Positions 35,896-49,305 are shown, counted from the stretch's first letter. The stretch is 64,000 nt of DNA from Pseudomonadota bacterium (GCA_052387815.1 JBQTIU010000028.1:38506-102505), one strand, 5' to 3'. The notes: generated by a model from the letters alone, not told the origin. Numbers and translations: made by a program.

Positions 35896-37452
35896 TTAGT
35901 TTGCTTGTCGACGCAGGAAAGCGGGAATGTCGAGGAGGTCGTCGTCGATCTTGGCGGGGGCGATGCGGTCGGCCGCATCGAGTCCGCCACGACGCGGTTG
36001 GACCGGGACCGGCGCCGGGGCCGCCGGCGGGATGACCCGCGCCGGGGTGGGTTCGGCGGCTTGGCTGCGGGCCCGGCCGGTGCCGGTGACGCGCTCGAAC
36101 AGGCTCGGACCTCGGTGCCGCTCCTTGACCGGCGGGGGCGCATTCTCCATCGCCGCGGCGGCAAAGGGGTCGGCGGCCTTGCCCGCTTCGACGCGCGCCG
36201 GCCGGGCGGTGGGTTCGACCGGCTGGGGGGCGATGAAACTCGCGCCCGCCTCGGCGGCCGGGACCGCGGTGGCGGAGGCAACCGTGGCCGGCGCGACGGC
36301 GCCCGTCGGCTCGGGTGCGAGCGCGCCCGCCGCCGGGGCCACGGCGACGGCCGCAACCAGGGCGGGCGTTGCCACCTGCTCCTCGCTCTTGAGCGCCGCC
36401 GACCCTGCGGTGCGCAGCCCCGGGCGGGCGGCCGGGCGGCTCGAGACCAGGCTGATCACGGTCGGACGCGGCTCGGCATGGGCGAGGGCGTCGATCCCGG
36501 TCGACACTACGGTGATCCGCATCTTGCCGGTCAGCGACTCGTCGAAGGTTGAGCCGAAGATGATGTTGGCGTCGGGATCGACTTCGTCGCGGATCCGATT
36601 GGCGGCCTCGTCGACCTCGAACAGCGTCATGTCGGGGCCGCCGGTGATGTTGATGAGCACACCGCGCGCGCCCTTCATCGACACGTCGTCGAGCAGCGGG
36701 TTGGAGATCGCCTTCTGGGCGGCGTCGAGGGCGCGGTTGTCGCCTTCGGCCTCGCCCGTCCCCATCATCGCCTTGCCCATCTCGCTCATCACCGTTCGGA
36801 TGTCGGCGAAGTCGAGGTTGATGAGCCCCGGCATGACGATCAGGTCGGTGACGCCGCGCACGCCCGAATAGAGCACGTCGTCGGCCATCTTGAAAGCGTC
36901 GGCGAAGGTCGTGCGCTCGTTGGCGACCCGGAACAGGTTCTGGTTGGGAATGATGATGAGCGTGTCGACGACCTTTTGCAGCTCGTCGATCCCCGCCTCG
37001 GCGATGCGCATCCGGTGCTGGCCCTCGAAGTGGAAGGGCTTGGTGATCACGCCCACCGTCAGGATGCCGTGCTCGCGGGCGGCGCGCGCGATCACCGGCG
37101 CGCCGCCGGTGCCGGTCCCGCCGCCCATGCCGGCGGCGATGAACGCCATGTGCGAGCCCGCCAGGTGCTCGGCGATGTCGTTGATGGCCTCCTCGCAGGC
37201 GGCCCGGCCGATATCGGGCCTGGAGCCCGCGCCCAAGCCCTGGGTCACGCTCAGGCCGAGCTGCACGCGGCGCTCGGCCAGCGTCTGCGAGAGCGCCTGG
37301 GCGTCGGTGTTGGCGACCACGAAATCCACGCCATCGAGCTTGGCGCGGATCATGTTGTTGACGGCATTGCCGCCGGCGCCGCCGATCCCGATCACGGTGA
37401 TGCGGGGCTTGAGTTCGGCGGGGGTGGTGGGCATCGATAGGTTGATCGTCAT
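35896..37452 (-). CDS. ftsZ: Cell division protein FtsZ (long alphaproteobacterial linker)
   Basis: GGAGGNA, GGGTGTG, NLDFAD, C-terminal [11 protein letters not shown]; GGAGG RBS. Confidence 0.98.
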   Translation of the reverse strand: MTINLSMPTTPAELKPRITVIGIGGAGGNAVNNMIRAKLDGVDFVVANTDAQALSQTLAERRVQLGLSVTQGLGAGSRPDIGRAACEEAINDIAEHLAGSHMAFIAAGMGGGTGTGGAPVIARAAREHGILTVGVITKPFHFEGQHRMRIAEAGIDELQKVVDTLIIIPNQNLFRVANERTTFADAFKMADDVLYSGVRGVTDLIVMPGLINLDFADIRTVMSEMGKAMMGTGEAEGDNRALDAAQKAISNPLLDDVSMKGARGVLINITGGPDMTLFEVDEAANRIRDEVDPDANIIFGSTFDESLTGKMRITVVSTGIDALAHAEPRPTVISLVSSRPAARPGLRTAGSAALKSEEQVATPALVAAVAVAPAAGALAPEPTGAVAPATVASATAVPAAEAGASFIAPQPVEPTARPARVEAGKAADPFAAAAMENAPPPVKERHRGPSLFERVTGTGRARSQAAEPTPARVIPPAAPAPVPVQPRRGGLDAADRIAPAKIDDDLLDIPAFLRRQAN

Positions 37453-37547
37453 GTTGGCCTCCAGTTGCGATGCGGTTTCAAGATTGCGCCGGGCGGCCGC
37501 CCGGACACAGGGGGGGTGGGTGGGGGTGCTACTCGATGCGGGGACGC

Positions 37548-38798
37548 TCACAGGTTTTGGCGCAGCCACAGGCCGAAGCGGCCGAACAGTCCGCCCTCGG
37601 CCTGCGGGCCGCCGGCGGGTTGCGGCGCCTCGGCGTTCTTCTGCGTCACGTAGGCGAGCAGGCCAGCGCAGGCGGCGAAAGCCGGTCCGCCGGTCTGCTC
37701 GGCGAGACCCTGGATGCGCAGCGGCCGGCCCATGCGCACCTGCTTGTCGAGGACGAGCGCGGCGAGCTCGCGCACGCCCTGGAGCTGGCTCGCGCCCCCG
37801 GTGAGCACGACGCGCCGACCGGCGATCTTGTCGAAGCCGCTCGCCTCGAGGCGCGAGCGGACGAGTTCGAACGTTTCCTCGAGGCGGGGCTGGATGATGC
37901 TGACGAGGATCGATTTCGGGACGTGGTTGGGCTGGGTCTGGTCCTCCTCGCCGACCAGCGGCACGTCGATGACCTCGCGCTCGTCGGCGGGCGAGGGCAG
38001 GGCGCTGCCATAGAGCGTCTTCATCCGTTCGGCGTGGGCGAGCTTCGTCGACAGGCCGCGGGCGATGTCGTGGGTCACGTGGGCGCCGCCCAAGAGCACG
38101 CATTCGGTATGGACCAGCCGGCCGTCGTAGAACACGCCCAACGATGTGGTTCCGCCGCCCATGTCGATCACCGAGACGCCGAGATCCATCTCGTCCTCGA
38201 CCAGGCAGGCGAGGCCCGCGGCATAGGGCGAAACGACGAACTCCTCGATCTTGAGGTGACAGCGCCCGACCACCGTTGCCAGGTTGCGTGTCGGCCCCGC
38301 ATTGGCGCTCACCAGGTGCATGTTGACGCCCAGCCGCTCGCCGCACATGCCGCGCGGATCGCGGATTCCGCGGCTGCCGTCGATCGTGAAACCGATCGGG
38401 ATCGCGTGCAGGAGACGGCGCTCGGGCTTCTCCTCGACGCCGACGCCCTGACCGAGCACGCGCCTCATATCGGCATCGCCCACCTCGTGACCGGCGATCG
38501 CCACTTCGAGGTTCACCGTGCGCGAGCGCAGGTCGCCGCCCGCCAGGCTGACGATCACGGCGCCGAGCGTTTCGCCAGCCATCTGTTCGGCGGCGCTCAC
38601 CGCGTTGAGGATCGAGGCCTCCGCCTGGTCCATGTCGACGATGGTCCCGCAACGCACGCCTTTGGAAACCTGATGGCCGATGCCGACCACCCGCAAGGCC
38701 CCCGCCTCGGCGCGCGCCACGAAACAGGCGACCTTGGTCGACCCGACATCGAGGGCGGCGATCGGTCCGCTGCGCGATTTCTTGCTGGCTTTCCGCAA
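37548..38798 (-). CDS. ftsA: Cell division protein FtsA
   Basis: [30 protein letters not shown]-terminal amphipathic WLRQNL. Confidence 0.96.
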   Translation of the reverse strand: MRKASKKSRSGPIAALDVGSTKVACFVARAEAGALRVVGIGHQVSKGVRCGTIVDMDQAEASILNAVSAAEQMAGETLGAVIVSLAGGDLRSRTVNLEVAIAGHEVGDADMRRVLGQGVGVEEKPERRLLHAIPIGFTIDGSRGIRDPRGMCGERLGVNMHLVSANAGPTRNLATVVGRCHLKIEEFVVSPYAAGLACLVEDEMDLGVSVIDMGGGTTSLGVFYDGRLVHTECVLLGGAHVTHDIARGLSTKLAHAERMKTLYGSALPSPADEREVIDVPLVGEEDQTQPNHVPKSILVSIIQPRLEETFELVRSRLEASGFDKIAGRRVVLTGGASQLQGVRELAALVLDKQVRMGRPLRIQGLAEQTGGPAFAACAGLLAYVTQKNAEAPQPAGGPQAEGGLFGRFGLWLRQNL

Positions 38799-38819
38799 GG
38801 GGGTCTCCCGATTGCGCGC

Positions 38820-39680
38820 TCAGGCCGGCCGGCCGGGCCGCTTGGGCGGCGGGACCGGCGGCGGCGGGCGGACCACGCGCACGACCAGCCGGTCGGGCAG
38901 CCTGAGGTCGACACTGATGATGTTGCGGGCGAGCACACGGTCTTCGCGCTCGAGCTCGGCGAGCCTCGCCCACGCGGCGCCGGCATTGCTCTCGGGGAGC
39001 TGCACGTCGATGCCGTTGTCGAGGCGCACGTTCCAGCGCCGCCCCCCGACGCGGACCGCCGCCGCCACCCGCTTGTCGAGATCGGGTTCGCTGGCGAGCA
39101 GGCCGAACAGCGCGGCGGCGTGGGGCGGGGCATCTTCGCCGACCAGGATCGGCAGCTGGGCGAAGCGGGCGATGGCGACGCCCCGAATCTCCCGGCCGTC
39201 GCGGCCGATGAGGGCGAGCCGGCCGTGGCGCTGCCACAGCGCCAGGGGCTGGCGCTCGACGAGGCGGACACGAACCGTATCCGGGAGAAGGCGCTCGACC
39301 GCGGCCTCGCGCACCCAGGGCAGCTTTTCGAGCTCGGCCTTGGCGGCGTCCGGCCGCAAGGCAAGGATCGGCGCGCCGCGCCGGATGCCGAGCGCGGAGA
39401 GCACGTCGGCGGCCGGAGTCTCGACCCGGCCTTCGACGAACACCTCCTCGACCGACAGGCCGAGATCGGCGCTCGCCGCCAGGGCCTGGCCCGCGGCTCG
39501 GCCCGCCCACTCGCCGAGCCGCGGGGCGCCGTCGCGCATGAGCTCGTAGACCGGCCCGGCGGCGGCGGCGAGGCCCGCCAGCACCGCGACCGCGACCAGC
39601 GTGCGGGCCTTGGGGCGCTTGCGCCAGCGCCCGAGGATCGCCTTGCGGCGGGCGGGATTCAGGCGACTTGGCGCTCGCAT
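38820..39680 (-). CDS. ftsQ: Cell division protein FtsQ/DivIB
   Basis: Single TM, POTRA (LEKLPWV..VERLLPD), [12 protein letters not shown]. Confidence 0.93.
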   Translation of the reverse strand: MRAPSRLNPARRKAILGRWRKRPKARTLVAVAVLAGLAAAAGPVYELMRDGAPRLGEWAGRAAGQALAASADLGLSVEEVFVEGRVETPAADVLSALGIRRGAPILALRPDAAKAELEKLPWVREAAVERLLPDTVRVRLVERQPLALWQRHGRLALIGRDGREIRGVAIARFAQLPILVGEDAPPHAAALFGLLASEPDLDKRVAAAVRVGGRRWNVRLDNGIDVQLPESNAGAAWARLAELEREDRVLARNIISVDLRLPDRLVVRVVRPPPPVPPPKRPGRPA

Positions 39681-40588
39681 GTCGCGTTCTCGACCATCCA
39701 GGACACCAGCGCGCCGAAGGAAATACCCGCTTCGGCCGCGATTTCCGGCACCAGGGACAGCGCGGTCATGCCCGGCTGGGTGTTGACCTCCAAGAGGTAG
39801 AGGCGGCCGGGCGGACCGCCGGTGTCGTCGTAGCGCAGATCGGCGCGGCTGACGCCCCGGCAGCCCAGCGTGCGATGGGCGAGAAGGGCGAGCCGCAGCG
39901 CCTCGTCGTACGCCGCCCCGGGCATGGGCGCGGGCACCAGGTGGCTGGCCTTGCCGGGCGTGTACTTCGCCGCGTAGTCGTAAAAGCCGTTGCGGGGCCG
40001 GATCTCGAGCACGCCCAGCGCGCGTTCGCCCATCACCGCGACCGTGATTTCGCGGCCGGGGATATAGCGCTCGACCAGCACCTGGCCGCCGAACGGCCAG
40101 GGTTCGCACGCCCAGGCGGCGAGGTCGCAGTCCTCGAGGACGATCTTGACGCCGACGCTCGAGCCTTCGTTGAGCGGCTTGATGACGAAGGGCGGGTCCA
40201 TGACTCGGCCGGCGATCACCTCGGCGCGCGCCACCACGCGGCCCTCGGGCACCGGGATGCCGGCCGCCGCGAACAGTCGGCGCGCGGTCGGCTTGTCCAT
40301 GGCCAGCGCCGAGGCGAGCACGCCCGAGTGGGTGTAGGGGATGCGCATGAGCTCGAGGACGCCTTGCACGCAGCCGTCCTCGCCGAAGCGGCCGTGCAGC
40401 GCATTGAAGACCGCATCGGGCCGGCTCGCGAGCGCATCGAGGAGGGCGCGCACGTCGTTGCCGACATCGATCGCGCGCGCCTCGTAGCCGGTTTCGGCGA
40501 GCGACTTGGCGACTGCCGCGCCGCTGACCAGCGACACCTCGCGCTCGGCCGAGATGCCGCCCATCAACACCAGGACCCGCTTCGCCAT
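39659..40588 (-). CDS. ddl: D-alanine--D-alanine ligase
   Basis: [45 protein letters not shown]. Confidence 0.97.
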   Translation of the reverse strand: MAKRVLVLMGGISAEREVSLVSGAAVAKSLAETGYEARAIDVGNDVRALLDALASRPDAVFNALHGRFGEDGCVQGVLELMRIPYTHSGVLASALAMDKPTARRLFAAAGIPVPEGRVVARAEVIAGRVMDPPFVIKPLNEGSSVGVKIVLEDCDLAAWACEPWPFGGQVLVERYIPGREITVAVMGERALGVLEIRPRNGFYDYAAKYTPGKASHLVPAPMPGAAYDEALRLALLAHRTLGCRGVSRADLRYDDTGGPPGRLYLLEVNTQPGMTALSLVPEIAAEAGISFGALVSWMVENATCERQVA

Positions 40589-40599
40589 CGCCCCGTCCC

Positions 40600-41559
40600 T
40601 CATGCGCGGCTCCGGCCGGCGGGCGGGACCGCCGTCCCGATCACCCGGATTTCCCACTCCAGCATCACGCCGGAGCGCTCGAACACCCGGCGCCGGACCT
40701 CCTCGCCGAGCCCTTCGATGTCGGCGGCGGTGGCCGAACCGGTATTGATGATGAAGTTGCAGTGCTTCTCGGATATCTCGGCGCCGCCCACCGCCAGGCC
40801 GCGGCAACCGGCCTCCTCGATCAGCTCCCAGGCCTTGCGGCCTTGCGCGCGCGGGTCGGTCGGGTTGGCGAAGGTCGAGCCGCCGGTGCGGGTGCGCAAG
40901 GGCTGGCTTTCCTCGCGCGCGGCGTTGATCGCGGCGATGCGGCGCTGGATGTCGAGCGGGGTTCCGGGCCCGCCTCCAAGTTCGGCGGCGACGAAGATCC
41001 AGTCCTCCGGCACGCCGCAGGTCCGGTACCCGAAGGCGAGCTCCGCTGGCGCGAGGACGTGCCGCCGGCCGCGCCCGTCGAGGGCCTCGGCCGACAGCGT
41101 CACGTCCTTCATTTCGTGCCCATAGGCGCCGGCGTTCATGCGCAAGGCGCCGCCGATGGTCCCCGGCACGCCGGACAGGAACTCGAGGCCGGCGACGCCG
41201 GCATCGCGCGCGACCAGCGCCACGTTGAGATCGAGCGCGCCGGCGCCGGCGCGCATGGCCGTGCCCGCGGGCGCGATGCCGGCGAAGGCGCGGCCGAGGC
41301 GCACCACCACCCCGTCGACGCCGCCGTCGCGGACCAGGAGATTCGAGCCCACCCCGACCGCCGTCACCGGGACATCCGCGGGCTTGTTGGCAAGGAATGC
41401 GGCCAGATCCTCGGCGTCGGCCGGGCGAAACATCACCTCGGCCGCGCCCCCGACGCGGAACCACGTGATGCCGGCCAAGGGAGCGTTCTCGGTGTACCGG
41501 CCGCGCGCCTTCGGCAGACGATCGAGCAGGCGCTGTTGGGATCGGGGGATCGCCGTCAT
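40600..41559 (-). CDS. murB: UDP-N-acetylenolpyruvoylglucosamine reductase
   Basis: WFRVGG, GSNLL, PGTIGG, MNAGAYG, GSTFAN, KHCNF. Confidence 0.97.
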   Translation of the reverse strand: MTAIPRSQQRLLDRLPKARGRYTENAPLAGITWFRVGGAAEVMFRPADAEDLAAFLANKPADVPVTAVGVGSNLLVRDGGVDGVVVRLGRAFAGIAPAGTAMRAGAGALDLNVALVARDAGVAGLEFLSGVPGTIGGALRMNAGAYGHEMKDVTLSAEALDGRGRRHVLAPAELAFGYRTCGVPEDWIFVAAELGGGPGTPLDIQRRIAAINAAREESQPLRTRTGGSTFANPTDPRAQGRKAWELIEEAGCRGLAVGGAEISEKHCNFIINTGSATAADIEGLGEEVRRRVFERSGVMLEWEIRVIGTAVPPAGRSRA

Positions 41560-43010
41560 CGCTTGTCTCCGCCCGCGTTGGCGCGGCGCACGGGCGCCGT
41601 GCCGGGGCCCGCCAGGCGCGCCAGTTCGCCGGGCAAGGCGGTGGCCCAATTGGTGATGCTGCCGGCCCCGAGGCAGACGATGAGGTCGCCTTCCTTGGCG
41701 GTCGCGAGCACCGTGGCGGCGAGCTCGCCGGGGTCGGCCAGCGGGATCACGCGGCGGTGCCCATGGGCCCGCAGGCCGGCGACCAGGGCATCGCGATGGA
41801 CGCCCTCGATCGGCGCCTCGCCGGCGGGATAGACGTCGGCGACGATCACCGCCTCGGCGTCGTTGAAGCAGGTGCAGAATTCCTCGAACAGGTCGGATAG
41901 CCGCGTGTAGCGGTGCGGCTGGACGACGGCGACGACGGCGCCCGAGGTGGCGCTGCGCGCCGCCTTTAGGACGGCCGCGATCTCGACCGGGTGGTGTCCG
42001 TAATCGTCGATGACGGTGCGGCCGGCGCCCACCCCGGTGCGGGTGAATCGGCGCTTGACGCCCTTGATGCCAACCAGGGCCTTGCGAATGGTGGCGTCAT
42101 CGAGACCCATTTCGACGGCCACCGCGATGGCGGCGAGCGAGTTCTGGACGTTGTGCTCGCCGACCAGCGGCAGGCGAAGGTCGCAGAGAGTCCGCAGATC
42201 GCCCGCCCGGCCGGCGATCAGCGCCGTGAACCGCGCCCCGGCGGCCGACAGCCGCACCTCGATCGCCCTCACGTCGGCCTGCGGGCTGAAGCCGTACGTG
42301 ATGATCCGGCGGTCGGCGACCTGCGGGATCAGCGCCTGGACCTCGGGGTGGTCGAGGCACAGGGCGGCAAAGCCGTAGAACGGGAGGTTGGAGACGAAGG
42401 TCTGGAAGGCTTTTCGCAGGGCGTCGAAATTGCCCCAGTAGTCGAGATGCTCGGGGTCGATATTGGTGACCACGGCGATGGTCGCCGGCAGCCGGATGAA
42501 GGTGCCGTCGCTCTCGTCGGCTTCGACCACCATCCAGTCGCCGGCGCCGAGCCGCGCATTGGTGCCGTATGCGTTGACGATGCCGCCGTTGATCACCGTC
42601 GGATCGAGCGCGGCGGCCTCCAGCATCGCCGCCACCAAGGCTGTCGTCGTGGTCTTGCCGTGAGTGCCGGCGACCGCGATCGACCACTTGAGCCGCATGA
42701 GCTCGGCCAGCATCTCGGCCCGGCGGACGACCGGGATCAGGCGCTCGCGCGCCGCCGCCAGTTCCGGGTTGTCGGCTTTGACCGCCGAGGACACCACGAC
42801 CACCTCGGCGCTGCCGAGATGGGCCGCGTCGTGGCCGATGGATATGGGAATGCCGAGCGCCGCAAGACGCTTGACGTTGGCGGTGTCGCTCAGGTCGCTG
42901 CCCTGCACCTTGTAGCCGAGGTTGTGCAGGATCTCGGCGATGCCCGACATGCCGATGCCGCCGATGCCGACCAAGTGGAGCGTCCCGATGGATGGCGGCA
43001 GCGACCTCAT
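41556..43010 (-). CDS. murC: UDP-N-acetylmuramate--L-alanine ligase
   Basis: [30 protein letters not shown]. Confidence 0.97.
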   Translation of the reverse strand: MRSLPPSIGTLHLVGIGGIGMSGIAEILHNLGYKVQGSDLSDTANVKRLAALGIPISIGHDAAHLGSAEVVVVSSAVKADNPELAAARERLIPVVRRAEMLAELMRLKWSIAVAGTHGKTTTTALVAAMLEAAALDPTVINGGIVNAYGTNARLGAGDWMVVEADESDGTFIRLPATIAVVTNIDPEHLDYWGNFDALRKAFQTFVSNLPFYGFAALCLDHPEVQALIPQVADRRIITYGFSPQADVRAIEVRLSAAGARFTALIAGRAGDLRTLCDLRLPLVGEHNVQNSLAAIAVAVEMGLDDATIRKALVGIKGVKRRFTRTGVGAGRTVIDDYGHHPVEIAAVLKAARSATSGAVVAVVQPHRYTRLSDLFEEFCTCFNDAEAVIVADVYPAGEAPIEGVHRDALVAGLRAHGHRRVIPLADPGELAATVLATAKEGDLIVCLGAGSITNWATALPGELARLAGPGTAPVRRANAGGDKR

Positions 43011-44143
43011 GCGGCCTCCCGGGCAAAGCTCTCGGAATCGGTGCCGCCGTTCGCCGGTGCGAGGCGGGCCATGAGATCGGCCAGGCGCTCGCCGGCGTCC
43101 GGCCGTCCCAGGCCCTGGGCGGCCGCCGCGGCGCGCGCCAGGGCGCCGGGATCAGCGAGGAGGGCGATGAGCCGGTCGGCCAGCGCGCGGGGCGTGAAGT
43201 CGGCCGCCGGGATCACCCAGGCGCCGCCGCCCTTCTCCAGCGCGCGGGCGTTGGCGGCCTGGTGATCGTCGGTGGCGAACGGGTAGGGGACCAGGATGGC
43301 CGGCCGGCCGACGGTCGCGAGCTCGGCGACGCTCGAGGCGCCGGCGCGGCAGATCGCGATCTGCGCCAGCGCGAGGCGGGTCGGCAGATCGTCGAAGAAG
43401 GCGGCGAGCTCGGCGCTCACCCCGAGCGCCCCATAAGCGGCCCGCGTCGCCGCGAGGTCTTCGGGCCGGCATTGCTGGACGACGTCGAGCCGCGGGCGCA
43501 GGGCCGGCGGCAGCGCGGCGATGGCCTCCGGCACGACCTTCGCGAATACGCCGGCTCCCTGGCTGCCGCCGGTGACCAGCACGCCGATCCGCCCGCTCCC
43601 CTGGGGCGCCACGTAGGGCAGGTTGCGGGCGGCGAGGAACGCGGGACGGACCGGGTTGCCGGTCAGCGTCGCCCGGGCCGCGGCGAGGAATTGCACCTCC
43701 GCGAACGACGTCGCCACGGCATCGACCCACCGCGCCAGCAGCCGGTTGGCGCGGCCGAGCACCGCATTCTGTTCGTGGATCGCGGTCGGGATGTGGGCGA
43801 GGAGCGCGGCGATGAGGGTGGGAAGCGAGGGATAGCCGCCGAAGCCGACCGCCGCGGCGGGGCGGAGTGCGCGCAAGAGGGCGCGCGCCGCGAACAGGCT
43901 CCTCGCCAGCGCGATCCCGCCGCCAAGCTTCGCGGCGGGCCCGCCCGACAGCGCCCCGACCGCCAGGCGATAGGTCTCGATCGTCCCCAGGACACCGCCG
44001 AAAGCCGCGCCGCGGCGGTCGGTGACCAGGATCGGACGATAGCCGCGCTGGATGAGCGCCGAGGCCACGGCTTCGGCGGGAAAGACATGACCGCCGGTGC
44101 CGCCGGCGGCCAACACGATCGGCGGGCTGGTCCGCGCGCTCAT
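43007..44143 (-). CDS. murG: Undecaprenyl-PP-MurNAc-pentapeptide GlcNAc transferase
   Basis: GGTGGH, GFGGY, HEQN, TGNPVR, GGSQG, RAGAS, HQAANA. Confidence 0.97.
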   Translation of the reverse strand: MSARTSPPIVLAAGGTGGHVFPAEAVASALIQRGYRPILVTDRRGAAFGGVLGTIETYRLAVGALSGGPAAKLGGGIALARSLFAARALLRALRPAAAVGFGGYPSLPTLIAALLAHIPTAIHEQNAVLGRANRLLARWVDAVATSFAEVQFLAAARATLTGNPVRPAFLAARNLPYVAPQGSGRIGVLVTGGSQGAGVFAKVVPEAIAALPPALRPRLDVVQQCRPEDLAATRAAYGALGVSAELAAFFDDLPTRLALAQIAICRAGASSVAELATVGRPAILVPYPFATDDHQAANARALEKGGGAWVIPAADFTPRALADRLIALLADPGALARAAAAAQGLGRPDAGERLADLMARLAPANGGTDSESFAREAA

Positions 44144-45273
44144 GGCCGGTCCTCGGCGCCGAAGCGCGTGCGGGTGAGCGCCAAGACCATGCCCATGCCC
44201 AACGACAGCGCGAGCAGCGAGGACCCGCCATAGCTGATGAAGGGCAGGGTCATGCCCTTGGTCGGGATGAGGTGGAGCGAGGAGCCCATGTTGATGAGCG
44301 CCTGCAGGCCGAACTGCAGCAGCAGCCCGGACACCGCGAGCAGGACGAAGAGATTGGAGTCGGCAAGCGCGCGCGCGAAGCCGCGCAACACGATGAAGGC
44401 GAACAAGCCCACGACGATGAGACAGACGAGGAGTCCGAATTCCTCGCCCGCCACCGCGAACACGAAATCGCTGTGCGCATCGGGCAGCACCGACTTGACG
44501 GTGCCCTCGCCGGGCCCGCGGCCCAACAGCCCGCCGCGCCGGAAGGCGTCGAGGGCGGTGTCGATCTGGTAGCTGTCGCCGGAGCTCGGATCGAGGAACC
44601 GGTTGATGCGGCTGGCGACGTGCGGGAAGACGAAATAGGAGGCGACCAGGCCCGCAAGACCCGCCCCGGCGAGGACGAGCGCCCAATACATCCTGAGCCC
44701 GGCGAGGAAGAACTGGCCGAACCACACCGCCGAGACCACGATCGCCATGCCGATATCGGGCTGCAGGTAGAGGGCCGAGACCACGACCGAATAGAGGCCG
44801 ATGGCGATGGCGAAGCCGGGAAAGCCTTCGCCCCGGCGCTGCAAGGTGAACAGCCAGGCCGCGAGCACCGCGAAGCTCGGCTTGACGAACTCCGACGGTT
44901 GCACCGACATGCCGAGGAGGTTGATCCAGCGCCGGGCGCCCTTGATTTCGGCGCCGGCCACGAAGGTCGAGGCCAGCAGCGTCATGGCGAGGAGGAAGGC
45001 GATCAGCGCCAGCCGCCGGACGTTCTTCGGGGACAACACCGAGGTGGCGAGCAGGATCGCGATCGCCGGGGGCAGGAGGGCGAATTGGCGGCGGACGAAG
45101 TGGAACGGATCGAGGCCGATGCGCGTGGCGACGGCCGGCGTCGCCGCCATGGCGAGGACCGCGCCCAGGCCGATGAGGCAGCCGAGCGCCGCCAGCGTCC
45201 AGCGGTCGACCGTCCACCACCAGCGGCCGAGGATCGAGGTGTCGGTGCGTACGAGGTTCATCCGCCCGCTCAT
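44140..45273 (-). CDS. ftsW: Peptidoglycan polymerase FtsW
   Basis: [37 protein letters not shown]; ATGA overlap with mraY. Confidence 0.96.
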   Translation of the reverse strand: MSGRMNLVRTDTSILGRWWWTVDRWTLAALGCLIGLGAVLAMAATPAVATRIGLDPFHFVRRQFALLPPAIAILLATSVLSPKNVRRLALIAFLLAMTLLASTFVAGAEIKGARRWINLLGMSVQPSEFVKPSFAVLAAWLFTLQRRGEGFPGFAIAIGLYSVVVSALYLQPDIGMAIVVSAVWFGQFFLAGLRMYWALVLAGAGLAGLVASYFVFPHVASRINRFLDPSSGDSYQIDTALDAFRRGGLLGRGPGEGTVKSVLPDAHSDFVFAVAGEEFGLLVCLIVVGLFAFIVLRGFARALADSNLFVLLAVSGLLLQFGLQALINMGSSLHLIPTKGMTLPFISYGGSSLLALSLGMGMVLALTRTRFGAEDRP

Positions 45274-46358
45274 CGGAGCTTGAGGGTCGACAGCCCGGCG
45301 AGCGCCAGGATCGAGGCGATGATCCAGAAGCGGATGACGATGGTCGGCTCCGCCCAGCCCATCTTCTCGAAATGATGGTGCAAGGGCGCCATGCGGAAGA
45401 CGCGCCGTCCGGTGAGCTGGAACGAGATCACCTGGACGATGACCGACGCGGTCTCGAGCACGAACAGGCCGCCGACGATGGCGAGGACGATTTCGTGCTT
45501 GGTGGCGACGCTGATCGCCCCCAGCGCCCCGCCCACCGCCAGCGAGCCGGTGTCGCCCATGAACACCATGGCCGGCGGGGCATTGAACCACAGGAAGCCG
45601 AGCGAAGCGCCGACCAGCGCCGCGCACAGCACGACGAGCTCGCCGGTGCCGGGGACGTGGTGGATCAGCAGATAGTTGGAGTAGATGAAATTGCCGACGA
45701 AATAGGAGATGGCGGCGAAGCAGCCGGCGGCGATCATCACCGGCACGATGGCGAGCCCATCGAGGCCGTCGGTCAGGTTGACCGCGTTCGAGGCGCCGAC
45801 CATCACGAAGACGGCGAAGGGGATGAAGAACCAGCCGAGATCGAACAGCACCGACTTGAAGAACGGCACGGCGAGCGAGGTCGATAGGGGCGCGCGCATG
45901 ATCGAGACGATCCACAGCACCGCCGCCAACGAGACCGCGATCTGGAGCAGGAGCTTGAGCCACGCGGACAGGCCCTTGGCATGGTGCCGCGTGAGCTTGA
46001 GATAGTCGTCGGCGAACCCGACCGCGCCGAAGCCGATGGTCACCGTGAGCACCGCCCACACGTAGCCGTTGCGCAGATCCGCCCACAGCGCGGTCGACAC
46101 CGACAGGGCCAAGAGGATGAGCACGCCGCCCATGGTCGGCGTGCCCTGCTTGGTCAGCAGGTGGCGCTCCGGGCCGTCGGTGCGGATCGGCTGCCCTTCC
46201 TTCTGCGTTCGCTTGAGCCAGTCGATGATGCGCCGACCGAACACGAAGCTGATCAGGAGCGCGGTGAGGACCGCGCCCCCGGACCGGAACGTCAAGTAAC
46301 GGAACAGGTTGAGCGGCCCGAACTGGTCGGACAGCGGCACCAGAAGGTTGAACAGCAT
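45270..46358 (-). CDS. mraY: Phospho-N-acetylmuramoyl-pentapeptide transferase
   Basis: [38 protein letters not shown]. Confidence 0.97.
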   Translation of the reverse strand: MLFNLLVPLSDQFGPLNLFRYLTFRSGGAVLTALLISFVFGRRIIDWLKRTQKEGQPIRTDGPERHLLTKQGTPTMGGVLILLALSVSTALWADLRNGYVWAVLTVTIGFGAVGFADDYLKLTRHHAKGLSAWLKLLLQIAVSLAAVLWIVSIMRAPLSTSLAVPFFKSVLFDLGWFFIPFAVFVMVGASNAVNLTDGLDGLAIVPVMIAAGCFAAISYFVGNFIYSNYLLIHHVPGTGELVVLCAALVGASLGFLWFNAPPAMVFMGDTGSLAVGGALGAISVATKHEIVLAIVGGLFVLETASVIVQVISFQLTGRRVFRMAPLHHHFEKMGWAEPTIVIRFWIIASILALAGLSTLKLR

Positions 46359-46365
46359 CGGGACC

Positions 46366-47793
46366 TCAGCCGTTCGCCGCGCGCCGCTCGGCGCGGCCGC
46401 CATCGCCCGCGTGTTCGAGCAGCGCCTCGACCACCCGGCCCATGCGGCTGCCGGCCGAGCCCTTGACGACCACCACGTCGCCCGGCCGCACCGCCGCCTG
46501 GACGATCGTGGCGAGCGCGTCGGCGTCGGGGGCATGCCCGCCGCAGAGCGGCCCGGGCAGCGCGTCGCGCAGGCGCGCCATCAAGCCGCCGCAGGTGAAG
46601 ACAACGTCGATGCGGCTGGCGATGAGCGCCGCGGCGAGGTCGGCATGCAGGGCGGGTGCCGCGGGTCCGAGTTCGAGCATGTCGCCAAGGACCGCGATAC
46701 GCCGGCCGCCGGCGCCGGGCCGGGCGGCGGCCAGGACCGCGAAGGCGGCGCGCATGGAGACGGGGCTGGCGTTGTACGAGTCGTCGATGAGTTCGAAGAC
46801 TTGCCCGTGGTGCTCGACGACATGACGGCGGCCGCGGCCCTTCGGGACCACGAAGCGGGCGAGGGCGGCGGCGGCGGCGGCCGGATCGGCGCCGAGCGCG
46901 GCGACGGCGGCGAGCGCGGCGAGGCTGTTGAGCGCCCAGTGCCGTCCGGGCGCGCCCAGGCGGTAGGTGAGGGGGCGCCCGCCGACCAGCGCCGAGACGC
47001 GGGCTGCCGTCGGCCCGGCGTCGACATCGATGAGCCGCGCCTCGGCCTTGGGGTCCGCCCCGAAACCGACGATGCGCGCCACCCCGCACGCCTTGGCGCG
47101 ATCGGCCAGAAATTCGTACCAGGCGTTGTCGCGGTTGAGGACCGCGACCCCGCCGGCCGCGCCCTCGAAGATTTCGGCCTTGGCCCGGGCGATGCCGGCC
47201 ACCCCGTCGTTGGGGAAGTTCTCGACATGCACCGCCTCGATGCTGGTGACGACGGCAACCTCGGGACGGACCATGCGGCCCAAGGGCGCGATCTCGCCTT
47301 CGTGGTTCATGCCGATCTCGACCACCGCATGGACGGCATCGGCCGGCAGTCGTGAGAGCGTCAGCGGCACGCCGATATGATTGTTGTAGCTGCCGGTGCT
47401 GGCGTGGGTTGGGCCCTGGTCGGCCAGCGCGAGGGCGAGCATGTCCTTGGTGCCGGTCTTGCCGACGCTGCCGGTGAGCGCGATCACCTTGGCCTTGGCG
47501 CGCGCCCGCGCCGCCTCGGCGAGGCGCCGCAGGGCGGCGAGCGTATCGGGGACGACCACGACTCGGGCCTCGTCCGGCGGGCTCGCGCGCTCGGCCAGCG
47601 CCGCGACGGCGCCGGCGGCGAAGGCGGCGGCGAGATGATCGTGGCCGTCGTGGCGCGGTCCCTTGACGGCGACGAACAGGTCGCCCGCTGCGAGCGTGCG
47701 ACTGTCGATCGACACGCCGGTCGCCGTCCAGACGGCCGGCGCCTGGATGCCGAGCGCGGCGGCGACTTCGGCTGCGGTCCACAAGGCGCTCAC
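46366..47793 (-). CDS. murF: UDP-MurNAc-tripeptide--D-Ala-D-Ala ligase
   Basis: [44 protein letters not shown]. Confidence 0.96.
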   Translation of the reverse strand: MSALWTAAEVAAALGIQAPAVWTATGVSIDSRTLAAGDLFVAVKGPRHDGHDHLAAAFAAGAVAALAERASPPDEARVVVVPDTLAALRRLAEAARARAKAKVIALTGSVGKTGTKDMLALALADQGPTHASTGSYNNHIGVPLTLSRLPADAVHAVVEIGMNHEGEIAPLGRMVRPEVAVVTSIEAVHVENFPNDGVAGIARAKAEIFEGAAGGVAVLNRDNAWYEFLADRAKACGVARIVGFGADPKAEARLIDVDAGPTAARVSALVGGRPLTYRLGAPGRHWALNSLAALAAVAALGADPAAAAAALARFVVPKGRGRRHVVEHHGQVFELIDDSYNASPVSMRAAFAVLAAARPGAGGRRIAVLGDMLELGPAAPALHADLAAALIASRIDVVFTCGGLMARLRDALPGPLCGGHAPDADALATIVQAAVRPGDVVVVKGSAGSRMGRVVEALLEHAGDGGRAERRAANG

Positions 47794-49265
47794 GACCCGC
47801 CCCCTGGCGCGGCATCGGCCGCGGATACCGCCGCCTGCGCCACCTCCATGTCGTCGAACGGATGGACGCGTCCACCGACGATCTGGTCCCGCTCGTGGCC
47901 CTTGCCGGCGATGACCAGCATGTCGCCGGCCTCGAGGTCGGCCACCGCTTGGCCGATCGCCTCGCGGCGCGAGCCGACCTCGAGCGCACCGGGGCAGCCG
48001 GCGAGGATCTGGCGGCGGATCGAGGCCGGCTCCTCGCCGCGCGGGTTGTCGTCGGTGACGATGACCCGGTCGGCGAGTCGCCAGGCGATGGCCCCCATCA
48101 TCGGCCGCTTGCCGGGGTCGCGCTCGCCCCCGCAACCGAACACCACGACCAGCCGGCGCTGGGCGTGCGGGCGCAGTGCCGCGAGCACGGATTCGAGCGC
48201 GTCAGGCGTGTGCGCGTAGTCGACATAAACCGTCGCCCCATTGCGGCGCCGCTGGGCGCGCTGCAGTCGCCCGGGCACGCCGGTGAGCCCGGCCAGCGCC
48301 GCCGCGGCGGCCGGCGCCGCGGCGCCGCTGGCGATGACCAGCGCGAGGGCGGCGAGCGCATTCATCGCCTGGAACGCGGCGACCAGCGGCAAACTCACCT
48401 CGAGCGGATGCCCGGACACGGTGAGCGCCAGGCGCTGGCCGGAGGCCAGCGGCTCGAGGCGCTCGAGGCGGATGTCGGCGCCGCGCCGGCCGAACCCGAT
48501 CACGCGGTGGCCCCGCGCCCGGGCGAGCGCGGCGAGCTTGTCGAATTCGGGCGCGTCGGCGTTGAGGACCGCGGTTCCGCCCGGCGCCATGACCTCGGCG
48601 AACAGGCGGCGCTTGGCGGCGAAATACGCCTCCATCGTGCGGTGGTAATCGAGATGGTCGCGCGTCAGGTTGGTGAAGGCGGCGAGGCCGACGCGCACGC
48701 CGTCGAGCCGGCACTGCGCGAGGCCGTGGCTCGAGGCCTCGATGGCGAGATGGTCGACGCCCGCACCGGCGAGCGCGTCCAAATCCTTGTGGAGGGCCAC
48801 CGGATCGGGGGTGGTGAGCGCGCCGGGCCTGGTCATGCCGGGAGCGATAACGCCGAGCGTGCCCAGGCTCGCCGCCCGGTGGCCGAGCCGCGTCCACAGC
48901 TCGCGGGTGAAGGCGGCGACCGAGGTCTTGCCGTTGGTCCCGGTGATCGCGGCGATGGTGCGCGGCTGGCGGCCATAGAAGCGGGCGGCGAGCAGCGCCA
49001 GGGCGCGGCGCGGGTTGGCGCTCTCGAGCCGAACGATGTCGGGCGGCAGCTCGGGCCGCGGGCCCGGCCCGTGGAGCACGGCGATGGCGCCGCGCCCGCG
49101 CGCCTCGGCCACGTAGCGCCGGCCGTCCGTGTTGAGCCCGGGGAGGGCCGCGAACAGGTAGCCGGGCCGAACCTGGCGCGAATCGGCGGTGAGCCCGGCC
49201 AGCTCGAGGTCGGCGCGCGGGCCCGCGATGGCGATGTCGGCGTCGATCAACTGGCGCAAACGCAC
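47790..49265 (-). CDS. murE: UDP-MurNAc-dipeptide--meso-DAP ligase
   Basis: TGTNGKTS, TTPD, EASSH, DHLDYH, DYAHTPD, DDNPR, AGKGHE. Confidence 0.96.
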   Translation of the reverse strand: MRLRQLIDADIAIAGPRADLELAGLTADSRQVRPGYLFAALPGLNTDGRRYVAEARGRGAIAVLHGPGPRPELPPDIVRLESANPRRALALLAARFYGRQPRTIAAITGTNGKTSVAAFTRELWTRLGHRAASLGTLGVIAPGMTRPGALTTPDPVALHKDLDALAGAGVDHLAIEASSHGLAQCRLDGVRVGLAAFTNLTRDHLDYHRTMEAYFAAKRRLFAEVMAPGGTAVLNADAPEFDKLAALARARGHRVIGFGRRGADIRLERLEPLASGQRLALTVSGHPLEVSLPLVAAFQAMNALAALALVIASGAAAPAAAAALAGLTGVPGRLQRAQRRRNGATVYVDYAHTPDALESVLAALRPHAQRRLVVVFGCGGERDPGKRPMMGAIAWRLADRVIVTDDNPRGEEPASIRRQILAGCPGALEVGSRREAIGQAVADLEAGDMLVIAGKGHERDQIVGGRVHPFDDMEVAQAAVSAADAAPGGGS

Positions 49266-49305
49266 GTCTTGAGGCCTCCCGAGGCCCCGTCCCCGCGCCC
49301 CTCGA

